NCBI GenBank assembly: GCA_049997855.1
Contig: JBEKSG010000006.1
Location: 1 to 58,777, forward strand
Direction of reading: 5' to 3'
From: Minisyncoccia bacterium
GTDB lineage: Bacteria > Patescibacteriota > Minisyncoccia > Phycocordibacterales > SBAW01
Length of the DNA: 58,777 nt
In this document: piece by piece, positions 27,281 through 35,025 of the stretch
How positions within the stretch are numbered: the first letter of the stretch is position 1
How the letters are laid out: every line of letters begins with the position of its first letter
The notes under the pieces: model-generated
The model's database searches: none
The model's input: the letters and a program-made list of their open reading frames with translations, nothing else
What the model was told of the DNA's origin: nothing
Made by a program: the position numbers and the translations under genes

Positions 27281-27474
27281 AGCTAGGTACACCCGGAAAG
27301 GTTCGGAGAAGCTGCGCTCTTCCTGCAGTTTCTTTTGTAAGTCGCGGGAAAGGAAGGGGCAGTCGGGTCCGTGACTGCATCTGGCGTATTGAGCCTACTC
27401 TGTTACGGGTGTACCTCGGCTGTCCCTTCCTTTCTTACAAACTGGACCCGATAGGACCGGCATAGCGTACACCT
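27281..27474 (+). ncRNA. Highly structured leader/ncRNA of about 190 nt, unclassified (riboswitch-like)
   Basis: Long-range pairings: 27286-27295 with 27406-27415; 27333-27362 with 27420-27441; hairpins at 27307-27333 and 27359-27378. The 7-mer GTACACC recurs at 27467-27473, next to the ATG. Confidence 0.5.
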
Positions 27475-27843
27475 ATGTCTGCACCCCTTGAAACACCCCA
27501 ACGTAAATTAGTTTTTATAGCCCATCCCATCAGAGGGGATGTGGCTGGAAATATGACAAAAGTGTTTGCTATTTGCGAGCAGGTACACAAAGAAGGACAC
27601 ACCCCCATAGCACCCTACCTTATAGTACCTACGCATTCGAATGCCGGAGTAATTGAAAACCGGGAACTTGGAGTGTGGGCGAACCTTACTACTTTTGAGC
27701 GTGGCTATGTTGACGAACTTTGGCTCTATGGCGACGGAATTTCAGAAGGAATGAAAATAGAGGTGACTCTAGCGAAGAAATTAGGAATCCCCGTAGTTGC
27801 AAAATCGGAAGGGACAAAGAGGGACCTCGTAACATTAATCTAA
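27475..27843 (+). CDS. Small protein resembling the DUF4406 / nucleoside 2-deoxyribosyltransferase-like fold
   Basis: 122-aa ORF with the pattern VFIAHPIRGD...DELWLYGDGISEGMKIEVTLAKKLGIPV. Assigned from memory of the family pattern only. Confidence 0.45.
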   Translation: MSAPLETPQRKLVFIAHPIRGDVAGNMTKVFAICEQVHKEGHTPIAPYLIVPTHSNAGVIENRELGVWANLTTFERGYVDELWLYGDGISEGMKIEVTLAKKLGIPVVAKSEGTKRDLVTLI

Positions 27844-27896
27844 TTTTCAGCCACAATATTTATAATCGGTTTTAGATTGTAGAGGAGGAAACTTCG

Positions 27897-28103
27897 ATGC
27901 CCCTAGTTGTTGTTGCACAGAGCGCCCTTGCGGCCCTTATCGCAATGCTTAGTGTCAGGTCCTCGGTTCGAGCGACGGCGAGCCGCTATCTTGACCTGTT
28001 GTACGAAGAACCGCCCGCGGCGGACCCTGCATTCCTCAGAGAGGAATGCAGGAGGCAAGCCAGAGAGCACGCGAAAGAAAGAATGTGGTCACATATCATC
28101 TGA
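27897..28103 (+). CDS. Small hypothetical protein with hydrophobic N-terminus
   Basis: 68-aa ORF preceded by GAGGAGGA, 8 nt from the ATG, and followed by a terminator. Confidence 0.5.
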   Translation: MPLVVVAQSALAALIAMLSVRSSVRATASRYLDLLYEEPPAADPAFLREECRRQAREHAKERMWSHII

Positions 28104-28116
28104 CGCCCCACATTAT

Positions 28117-28150
28117 CCCGACTTTGCAAGTCGGGCTTTTCTTTTTCTTT
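28117..28150 (+). terminator. Rho-independent terminator
   Basis: 8-bp stem CCCGACTT/AAGTCGGG followed by CTTTTCTTTTTC. Confidence 0.7.
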
Positions 28151-28253
28151 CCTCCACTTTGCCGCCACTTCCTCAATTAAAGCCACGCAAACATTGCCCC
28201 GGGTTCGGAGCAGACAAAAAAATGAGGCAGTTGTTACTACCCCGCTCTCGTGT

Positions 28254-28529
28254 TTATAGCCGACAAGGCTGAATGGTGGTGAGGCTTATTCCGCCTCCCA
28301 TAGGCTCACTGCCCAGGTCCCGAACAGCATTTGCCCGAAGATTCTGGTGCAGCACCCGCTCCCTCATCTTCGCGTGCGCCTCACGACGCATCTGGTAAGA
28401 TCCTTCAAAGTGCAAAAATATAATTGAAGGTCCGACAGGCTCGCCTTCATCTTGTCCAACCCATGAGAAGTTCATGGGGCCTTTCCTCTGGTAGATGAGC
28501 AGAAGAAAAATCTTCATTAATCCAACCAT
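28254..28529 (-). CDS. Small hypothetical protein
   Basis: 91-aa ORF preceded on the minus strand by AAGGGAGGA, 8 nt from the ATG. Confidence 0.5.
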   Translation of the reverse strand: MVGLMKIFLLLIYQRKGPMNFSWVGQDEGEPVGPSIIFLHFEGSYQMRREAHAKMRERVLHQNLRANAVRDLGSEPMGGGISLTTIQPCRL

Positions 28530-28722
28530 TAAAGTGTCCTCCCTTACAGACCAACTTCCTATAGAAGTATGTGTCTGAAAGAGAGCCTTGTCAAGAAAAT
28601 GTAATGGTCGTACAGAGGTTTGACTTCTATGGACTAATCGCTTATATTGCTCCTAGCCCCACAGGGCTCCTTTTTTCTGAACGGTGCCGCTTAGTCGCAA
28701 GGCGAGGCATACCATCGGAATC

Positions 28723-28743
28723 ACCCTTCGACAGGCTCAGGGT
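28723..28743 (+). repeat. CCTTCGAC-N-GCTCAGG motif, copy 2
   Basis: aCCCTTCGACagGCTCAGGGt, 50 nt upstream of rpsN. Confidence 0.6.
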
Positions 28744-28793
28744 AAATAACCCGGCTTGATTGGAGGAAAAGGCTATACATCTCTATTCTATCT

Positions 28794-28979
28794 ATGGCAA
28801 AAAAGTCAACAGTTGCACGCTCAAATCGCGCACCCAAGTTTAAATCTCGGGTAGTTAATCGTTGCTTCCGCTGCGGGCGCAAGCGCGCCTTTATGCGCGA
28901 CTTCGGCATGTGCCGCGCCTGCTTTAGGGAGGCGGCCAACGAAGGATTGATTCCCGGTGTGAGAAAGTCCTCTTGGTAA
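28794..28979 (+). CDS. rpsN: 30S ribosomal protein S14, type Z (zinc-binding)
   Basis: 61-aa ORF; CxxC...CxxC (CFRCGR...CRAC), ending in KSSW. Confidence 0.95.
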   Translation: MAKKSTVARSNRAPKFKSRVVNRCFRCGRKRAFMRDFGMCRACFREAANEGLIPGVRKSSW

Positions 28980-29020
28980 TTCACTAATCCCTACAACCTG
29001 AAACCTAAACCATTATTTAT

Positions 29021-29407
29021 ATGATAACTGACCCTATTGCAGACATGCTGGTACGCATCCAAAACGCCTCGATGGCGGGGAAGGATCGTGTCTCCATGCC
29101 GCGCTCGCAAATGAAGCTCGCCATCGCCGAGATACTCAAGCGCGAGGGCTACGTGAGCGAGATAGATAAAAAATCAAAAAACAACGACCTCTCGCTGGCA
29201 CTTGCCTACAAAAACGGCCGCCCGGCGTTTGGCGGATTTAAGCGTGTCAGCAAACTCTCGCGCCGCATGTACATGGGTGTGCGCGACATCAAACCGATTA
29301 AGCGTGGCCGCGGCCTCTTGGTGCTCTCGACTCCGGCGGGGATACTCACCAGCAAAGAAGCAAGGCAGAAGCGCGTTGGCGGCGAGGTTTTGTTTGAAAT
29401 CTGGTAA
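29021..29407 (+). CDS. rpsH: 30S ribosomal protein S8
   Basis: MITDPIADMLVRIQNA start; 128 aa. Confidence 0.96.
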   Translation: MITDPIADMLVRIQNASMAGKDRVSMPRSQMKLAIAEILKREGYVSEIDKKSKNNDLSLALAYKNGRPAFGGFKRVSKLSRRMYMGVRDIKPIKRGRGLLVLSTPAGILTSKEARQKRVGGEVLFEIW

Positions 29408-29455
29408 CGAATCCTACGAATCTTACGAGTAAATACGAATAGAATAACTGCGAAT
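29406..29455 (+). repeat. Array of five (A/T)(A/G)CGA(A/G)T boxes
   Basis: aacgaat, tacgaat, tacgagt, tacgaat, tgcgaat at 9-15-nt spacing in the rpsH-rplF spacer. Confidence 0.6.
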
Positions 29456-29470
29456 TTAAACAAATTATAT

Positions 29471-30004
29471 ATGTCACAACTTGCTAAACGACCTATTGCA
29501 CTGCCTCCTAAAACTGAGCTGACGTTCAAAGCTAACGAGCTCTCCGTAAAAGGTCCCAAAGGTATGCTCACCAAAGCGGGGCATCGCCTCATTGGTATCG
29601 AGACCGTGCCGGAGGGTGTGCAAGTGTCGACCAAATCCGACACCCTTGAGGCGCGCGCGCTTGTCGGCACCTATGCAAGCCATGTGCGTAACATGCTCGA
29701 GGGCGTTACCAAGGGCTTTGCCAAAAAACTTTTAATCGAAGGCGTGGGCTACAGATGGGAAGTGCAGGGCAAGACGCTCAACCTCGCGCTCGGATTTTCT
29801 CACCCGGTAAAAATAAACATCCCCGACGGGCTCACGGTCAAAGCGGACAAAAACATGCTTACGATAGAGGGATTCGACAAAGAGCTCGTAGGACAATTTA
29901 CCGCCAACGTGCGCGCGTTAAAAAAGCCGGAGCCGTACAAAGGCAAAGGCATCCGTTACGAGGGCGAAGTTATCCGTCGCAAGCAGGGCAAAAAAGCCGC
30001 GTAA
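29471..30004 (+). CDS. rplF: 50S ribosomal protein L6
   Basis: 177-aa ORF; EGVGYRW and KKPEPYKGKGIRYEGE. Confidence 0.96.
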   Translation: MSQLAKRPIALPPKTELTFKANELSVKGPKGMLTKAGHRLIGIETVPEGVQVSTKSDTLEARALVGTYASHVRNMLEGVTKGFAKKLLIEGVGYRWEVQGKTLNLALGFSHPVKINIPDGLTVKADKNMLTIEGFDKELVGQFTANVRALKKPEPYKGKGIRYEGEVIRRKQGKKAA

Positions 30005-30043
30005 AGAGCAATTTCGAGCTTGCGAGAAAGACTATAAAAAGAT

Positions 30044-30406
30044 ATGAAAAAAAGTATTACAAACCAAATAAACCGCGAGCGCCGCCATGCGCGCATCCGT
30101 GCCAAGATTATAGGCACCAGCGAGCGTCCGCGCCTTGCCGTGTATAAATCAAACCGTTATTTGCACGCGCAGATAATCGACGATACGCTGGGCAAGACGC
30201 TCATCTCCGGCAGTACCAAAGAGGTGGGTGCTGCAAAAAAGGGCGTCAAAAAAGTGGATACAGCCAAACTACTCGGTCTCGATTTGGCAAAACGCGCCAA
30301 AGCGGCAGGCATCGAGCAAGTGGTATTTGATCGGGGTGGTTTTCGTTACACCGGGCGCATTACTACATTGGCCGACGCCGCGCGAGAGGGCGGACTCAAA
30401 TTTTAA
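30044..30406 (+). CDS. rplR: 50S ribosomal protein L18
   Basis: 120-aa ORF; RPRLAVYKSNRYLHAQIIDD and FDRGGFRYTGRI. Confidence 0.95.
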   Translation: MKKSITNQINRERRHARIRAKIIGTSERPRLAVYKSNRYLHAQIIDDTLGKTLISGSTKEVGAAKKGVKKVDTAKLLGLDLAKRAKAAGIEQVVFDRGGFRYTGRITTLADAAREGGLKF

Positions 30407-30408
30407 GT

Positions 30409-31047
30409 ATGGATGATATTGAACAAAAAGACGTTATAGCAGACCTGCCTGCGCAGGCAGGGGAGATGCCGGAGGTTGTTGCCGATGTGGTTCTTCCTAT
30501 TATCGACGAAGTAGCGCCGGCTCTCGCCGATGCGCGCCGCACGCGTCCAGACAGGCGCGGTGGTAAGCAAGGTGAGCGTAGTGGCCGCCGCCCCTCAACT
30601 CGCCGCCCCGAGCGCAAGAGCGAGTTTGACCAGCGTATCATCACAATACGCCGCGTGGCCCGCGTGGTCGCCGGCGGCCGCCGCTTCTCGTTTTCTGTTG
30701 CAATCATCATCGGCAATAAAAAAGGCAAAGTGGGCGTAGGTCTCGGCAAAGCAGGGGACACAACGCTCGCCATCGACAAAGCCGTGCGCGACGCAAAGAA
30801 AAACATGATCGCCGTGCCCTTAACTCGCAGTTTCTCGATCACGCATGATGTGTCGGCAAAATACTGCGCATCAATTGTTGTTCTCACGCCGGCGCGCGGT
30901 CGCGGCTTGGTGGCCGGTTCGTCGGTACGTCCGGTGCTTGAGCTTGCCGGTGTTAACGACATCGTCGCCAAGATACACTCGGGCAGTAAAAATGGCCTCA
31001 ACAATGCGCGTGCGGCGATAGAGGCTCTCAAAACCCTTAAGGCGTAA
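30409..31047 (+). CDS. rpsE: 30S ribosomal protein S5 with an N-terminal extension of about 70 aa
   Basis: Core IRRVARVVAGGRRFSFSVAIIIGN. The extension contains the CCTGCCTGCGCAGGCAGG palindrome (30444-30461). Confidence 0.94.
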   Translation: MDDIEQKDVIADLPAQAGEMPEVVADVVLPIIDEVAPALADARRTRPDRRGGKQGERSGRRPSTRRPERKSEFDQRIITIRRVARVVAGGRRFSFSVAIIIGNKKGKVGVGLGKAGDTTLAIDKAVRDAKKNMIAVPLTRSFSITHDVSAKYCASIVVLTPARGRGLVAGSSVRPVLELAGVNDIVAKIHSGSKNGLNNARAAIEALKTLKA

Positions 31048-31056
31048 AAAATTTAT

Positions 31057-31503
31057 ATGCAACTCCACGATCTAAAACGCAAAACCGAAAACAAAGCGCT
31101 TAAGCGCGTCGGTCGCGGCGGCGGTCGCGGTAAGACCTCGGGTCGCGGTACCAAGGGTCAAAAGGCGCGCGCGGGCCATTCACTAATGCCTGCTATCCGC
31201 GAGCAGCTCAAGAAGCTCCCCAAACTGCGCGGTCGCGGCGTGGGCGGGCTCATCACCATCCAAAGCAAGCCATTGGTGGTCAACCTCTCAAGCCTTGAAA
31301 CGGCATTTCTCGCAGGTGATGCAGTTAATCCCCGGACCCTCCTTGAGCGCGGCCTTATCCGCACGCGCAAAGACGCTTCAAAAATTCCGCAGGTTAAAAT
31401 CCTCGGCGGAGGCGAGCTTACCAAAAAGATTACCGTGAGCGGATGTAATGTGTCGGCAAGTGCCAAAGCAAAGATAGAGCAAGCGGGCGGTTCGGTAGCA
31501 TAA
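31057..31503 (+). CDS. rplO: 50S ribosomal protein L15
   Basis: 148-aa ORF; KRVGRGGGRGKTSGRGTKGQKAR. It follows rpsE directly, with no rpmD between them. Confidence 0.95.
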   Translation: MQLHDLKRKTENKALKRVGRGGGRGKTSGRGTKGQKARAGHSLMPAIREQLKKLPKLRGRGVGGLITIQSKPLVVNLSSLETAFLAGDAVNPRTLLERGLIRTRKDASKIPQVKILGGGELTKKITVSGCNVSASAKAKIEQAGGSVA

Positions 31504-31509
31504 CATTGT

Positions 31510-32784
31510 ATGATAAACACCTTTTTCCAAAAATTTGCGTTACTCGTCCGTGACGCGCAATTGCGCAACCGCCTCCTTTTTGTGCTTGGCGCGCTTGCCG
31601 TGTTTCGCGTGCTTGCGGCCATCCCGATTCCTGGCGTCAACGCCGCGCAACTCCAAGTATTTTTTGCTAACAATCAATTTTTCGGCCTGCTCAACCTCTT
31701 TTCCGGCGGCGGTCTTTCGAGCCTCTCGTTGGTGCTCCTTGGCGTCGGCCCCTACATCACCGCCTCGATTATCATGCAACTCCTTACCATCATGGTGCCG
31801 AGCCTCAAACAGCTGTATCAAGAGGAGGGCGAGCTTGGTCGCCAAAAGTTTAGCCAATACTCGCGCCTCATCACGCTTCCAATCGCCGCGCTCCAAGGTT
31901 TTAGCTTTATTTTGATACTCGAGCGCCAGGGCGTTATTGCTTCGCTCTCTCCCTTCCAGCTCGGGGTCAACATCCTCGTGGTGGTTACGGGCTCCATGCT
32001 CCTCATGTGGATAGGCGAGCTCATCTCCGAGTTTGGCCTCGGCAACGGTGTATCTCTTGTCATCTTTGCGGGCATCGTGGCGCGCATTCCGCGCACGGCA
32101 AGCCAGGCGCTCTTTTCATTTAACACTTCGCAGTTGCCGATGTACGTCGCCTTTGCGGTTGCCGCGTGTGCCATCGTGGCGGCCGTGGTGGTGGTCAACG
32201 AAGCCGAACGCCCCGTGCCGGTAACCTACGCCAAGCGTATCAGGGGGATGAAGACCTATGGCGGCCAGTCAACCTATCTGCCATTGCGCCTCAACCAAGC
32301 GGGCGTTATTCCGATTATCTTTGCGCTTTCATTCCTCCTTATCCCGCAAATGTTCGCGACATTCTTCCAGGCTTCCAGCCACGCCTGGCTCGCAGCGGTC
32401 TCCGACTTTATGCTCTCGTGGCTCCAAAATCTCGGATTTTACGGTAGCGTCTATTTTGTACTCGTCATATTGTTTACCTATTTTTACACGGCTGTCACAT
32501 TTGATCCGCATGCCATCGCCGAAAATTTGCAAAAGAACGGCGCGTTTATCCCCGGTGTGCGCCCCGGCGGCTCCACGCAAGAGTACTTGGGCAAAGTGAT
32601 CACCCGCATTACGCTCGTGGGCGCGATATTCCTCGGCGTCATTGCCGTGTTGCCGATTATCATGCAGTCGTTGAGCGGCATCCAGAGTCTCACCATTGGC
32701 GGCACCGCGCTTCTCATTGTCGTTTCGGTCATTCTCGACCTTGCGCGCCGTGTTGACGCGCAAATATCTATACGCGAGTATTAA
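31510..32784 (+). CDS. secY: Preprotein translocase subunit SecY
   Basis: 424-aa polytopic ORF with typical SecY blocks (GVGPYITASIIMQLL, GNGVSL). Confidence 0.96.
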   Translation: MINTFFQKFALLVRDAQLRNRLLFVLGALAVFRVLAAIPIPGVNAAQLQVFFANNQFFGLLNLFSGGGLSSLSLVLLGVGPYITASIIMQLLTIMVPSLKQLYQEEGELGRQKFSQYSRLITLPIAALQGFSFILILERQGVIASLSPFQLGVNILVVVTGSMLLMWIGELISEFGLGNGVSLVIFAGIVARIPRTASQALFSFNTSQLPMYVAFAVAACAIVAAVVVVNEAERPVPVTYAKRIRGMKTYGGQSTYLPLRLNQAGVIPIIFALSFLLIPQMFATFFQASSHAWLAAVSDFMLSWLQNLGFYGSVYFVLVILFTYFYTAVTFDPHAIAENLQKNGAFIPGVRPGGSTQEYLGKVITRITLVGAIFLGVIAVLPIIMQSLSGIQSLTIGGTALLIVVSVILDLARRVDAQISIREY

Positions 32785-32788
32785 GCAC

Positions 32789-33358
32789 ATGGACACGCGC
32801 ACGTTTTTGATGATGGGGCGGCCTGGGTCGGGGAAAGGTACTCAAGCCAAGCTCTTGGCCGACACTATAGACGGCATTGTGTATTCCTCCGGCGCGCGCT
32901 TGCGCGAGATGGCGGCAAGCGGCAGCTACTTTGGCAGCCGCGCAAAAAAAGTCATGGATGCGGGAGATTTGATGCCGACATGGGTGTCGGAATATTTATT
33001 TGAGGAAGCTTTGCTCAAACTCGCGCCGACGGACACTATCGTATTTGAAGGCGCTTGCCGCATTTTGGATGAGACAAAACGCTTTCACGAAGTAGCCGCT
33101 TGGCTGGAGCGTCCCTACCTAGCCATATATCTTGATGCGCCGGAGGCAGCGCTCCGCGAGCGTCTCTTAAAGCGCACGAGCCTCGAGCAGCGCACCGACG
33201 ACAACGCGGCGATATTGCAGGAGCGATTTGATAAATTTACCGAACTCACCACAAAATCACTTGAATATTTTAAAAACGAAGGCACGTTGCTGAACATTAA
33301 CGGCAATCAGAGCGTCGAGCAGGTGCATGCCGATATTGTAAAAATGCTCAAATTATAG
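32789..33358 (+). CDS. adk: Adenylate kinase
   Basis: P-loop GRPGSGKGTQ. The start is set to the ATG at 32789, just after the secY stop. Confidence 0.92.
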   Translation: MDTRTFLMMGRPGSGKGTQAKLLADTIDGIVYSSGARLREMAASGSYFGSRAKKVMDAGDLMPTWVSEYLFEEALLKLAPTDTIVFEGACRILDETKRFHEVAAWLERPYLAIYLDAPEAALRERLLKRTSLEQRTDDNAAILQERFDKFTELTTKSLEYFKNEGTLLNINGNQSVEQVHADIVKMLKL

Positions 33359-33403
33359 CCGCGCCTTAAAGGACGATTGCGCGGCATGATTTCGGCAAAA
33401 TCA
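33358..33403 (+). repeat. 45-nt two-hairpin leader element, copy 2 (upstream of map)
   Basis: gccgcgccttaaaggacgattgcgcggcatgatttcggcaaaatca, ending 1 nt before the map ATG. Confidence 0.9.
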
Positions 33404-33404
33404 C

Positions 33405-34166
33405 ATGATTGCAAAAACCGAACAGGAAATAAACAATTTGCGCCTGGGAGGCAAGCTTCTCTCCCATGCGCTGCGCGAACTTTCTGCACGGGCGGTGCCG
33501 GGCGTTACTACCGCCTCGCTTGATGTTGCTGCGGAGAAAATTATTCGCGAGGGTGGGGGAATGCCGGCATTTTTAAACTATCTGCCCGACGGCGCGGCGT
33601 ATCCTTTCCCCGCAACCCTGTGCGTGTCGATCAACGAGGAAGTGGTGCACGGCATCCCTTCGGCAGAGCGCGTGCTCAAAGGAGGCGACATGGTCTCGCT
33701 CGACCTTGGGCTCTCGTACAACGGCTATTTTGTCGACTCGGCTGTCACCGTGTGCGTGGGCGTGTGCGATGAGGTTGCGTACAAACTTATCAAAGCGACC
33801 AAAGAGGCAATGACGGCTGGCATCAAAGCTGCGCGCATGGGCGCACGCATAGGCGACATCAGTGCGGCCATAGAAGCTGTGGCTCAAAAATATAATTTTG
33901 CAGTGGTAAAAGATCTGGGCGGGCATGCGGTAGGCAAAGCCGTGCACGAAAAACCGTACATCCCCAACGAGGGTACCGCTGGCACGGGCCAGAAGCTGCC
34001 GGAGGGTTTGGTGATAGCAATCGAACCGATGTTCGCCGAAGGCAACGGCGCCATCACACTTATGAAAGACGAGTGGACCTATTGCATGCGCGACAAAAAA
34101 CGCTGTGCACACGTTGAGCATACCATCATTATCACCAACAAAGGTCCTGAGATTTTAACCGAATAG
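33405..34166 (+). CDS. map: Type I methionine aminopeptidase
   Basis: 253-aa ORF; VHGIP, D..D metal ligands, GHAVG, EPM, and HVEHTI motifs. Confidence 0.95.
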   Translation: MIAKTEQEINNLRLGGKLLSHALRELSARAVPGVTTASLDVAAEKIIREGGGMPAFLNYLPDGAAYPFPATLCVSINEEVVHGIPSAERVLKGGDMVSLDLGLSYNGYFVDSAVTVCVGVCDEVAYKLIKATKEAMTAGIKAARMGARIGDISAAIEAVAQKYNFAVVKDLGGHAVGKAVHEKPYIPNEGTAGTGQKLPEGLVIAIEPMFAEGNGAITLMKDEWTYCMRDKKRCAHVEHTIIITNKGPEILTE

Positions 34167-34168
34167 TG

Positions 34169-34207
34169 CCCCGACGCTCTGGTCGGGGAGCCGACCAACG
34201 CGTCGGC
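34169..34207 (+). repeat. Double-hairpin CCCGAC repeat, copy 3 (intergenic)
   Basis: CCCCGACgctctgGTCGGGGa GCCGACcaacgcGTCGGC. Confidence 0.75.
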
Positions 34208-34243
34208 TTTGCAGTATAAGACTTTTTAATGTAGAGTGCGATC

Positions 34244-34828
34244 ATGATAAAACCGAAAGAGGAGATCACCTATGTGATGATAAAACCCGACGGCGTGCGC
34301 AAGGGCCTTATCGGCGAAATTATCAAGCGTATGGAACAACGCGATCTCAAAATAATCGCACTTGAGATGTTCCAGCCTACCCACAAGGAGATGGATAATC
34401 ACTACCCTAAGAGTGAAGCTTGGATCCGTCGTCTTGGCGAAAAGACGATTGCGACCTATCAAAAATACGGCTATGACATTAAGCGCGATTTTGGCACTAC
34501 CGACCTTCTTACCATAGGCAAAGAAGTGCGCGGCTGGGTGATCACCTACATGATTTCGGCGCCGCTTGTCAAAATGGTGGTGCAGGGCGTTCACGCGGTA
34601 GACATGGTGCGTAAGATTGCAGGCCCCACGATGCCGTCTCTCGCCGAGATGGGTACTATCCGGGGCGATTATTCTGTCGATTCAGCAATCAGTGCCAATA
34701 TGGAGCATCGCGCAGTCATGAACCTCGTGCACGCGAGCGAGACGCAGGAGGAGGCCACGCACGAAATCAAACACTGGTTTGGTAAAAAAGGCGTATTTAA
34801 ATACAAAAGGTTTGGGGTTGACGAATAG
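34244..34828 (+). CDS. ndk: Nucleoside diphosphate kinase (long form)
   Basis: MIKPDGV..., GTIRGD, and NLVHASE (active-site His) motifs. Confidence 0.88.
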   Translation: MIKPKEEITYVMIKPDGVRKGLIGEIIKRMEQRDLKIIALEMFQPTHKEMDNHYPKSEAWIRRLGEKTIATYQKYGYDIKRDFGTTDLLTIGKEVRGWVITYMISAPLVKMVVQGVHAVDMVRKIAGPTMPSLAEMGTIRGDYSVDSAISANMEHRAVMNLVHASETQEEATHEIKHWFGKKGVFKYKRFGVDE

Positions 34829-34843
34829 CATCTGCCAGCAGAT

Positions 34844-34870
34844 TTGCAATTTTTTTAGAGAGAGTATAAT
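34844..34870 (+). promoter_or_regulatory. Sigma-70-like promoter (TTGCAA-N15-TATAAT)
   Basis: Perfect -10 hexamer at 34865-34870; the spacer is short. Confidence 0.45.
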
Positions 34871-34876
34871 AGTTGT

Positions 34877-35025
34877 AGGACTGCGGAGGCAAAGTCCTTA
34901 AATATACAATCGGGAGCTTGACGTTGTGCGGCCGTAAAGGCCTCACACAGGGCACCCACCTGGTACTAACTAGGACAAGCTTTCGGAGTCCAAACAAAAA
35001 TCCCTCTTCGGAGGGATTTTTGTTT
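34877..35025 (+). ncRNA. Candidate small RNA of about 150 nt, unclassified
   Basis: Bracketed by the promoter above and a strong terminator AAAAATCCCTC-TTCG-GAGGGATTTTT (34996-35021). Internal stems: GGACT/AGTCC, TCGGGAGCTTG/CAAGCTTTCGG, GGCC-GTAAA-GGCC. Confidence 0.45.

Noticed and set aside
27359-27400. Resemblance of GGGTCCGTGACTGCATCTGGCG to the ZTP (pfl) riboswitch core GGGUCGUGACUGGCG.
   Set aside because: The conserved block is interrupted by extra bases, and the obligatory 3' CCGCCUGGGC partner is absent. This is not a ZTP riboswitch by inspection.
28571-28759. 62-aa ORF (GTG start) between the 91-aa minus-strand gene and rpsN.
   Set aside because: It has no SD or conserved start context. 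It runs across a hairpin plus T-run (28655-28677) and the CCTTCGAC motif, so the region is more likely non-coding.
34877-35025. Possible identity of the candidate sRNA as SRP (4.5S) RNA or 6S RNA.
   Set aside because: There is no GGAA-type tetraloop with the flanking AGCA/GGAA symmetric-loop motif of SRP domain IV. The length and fold do not resemble the long 6S duplex with its central bubble.
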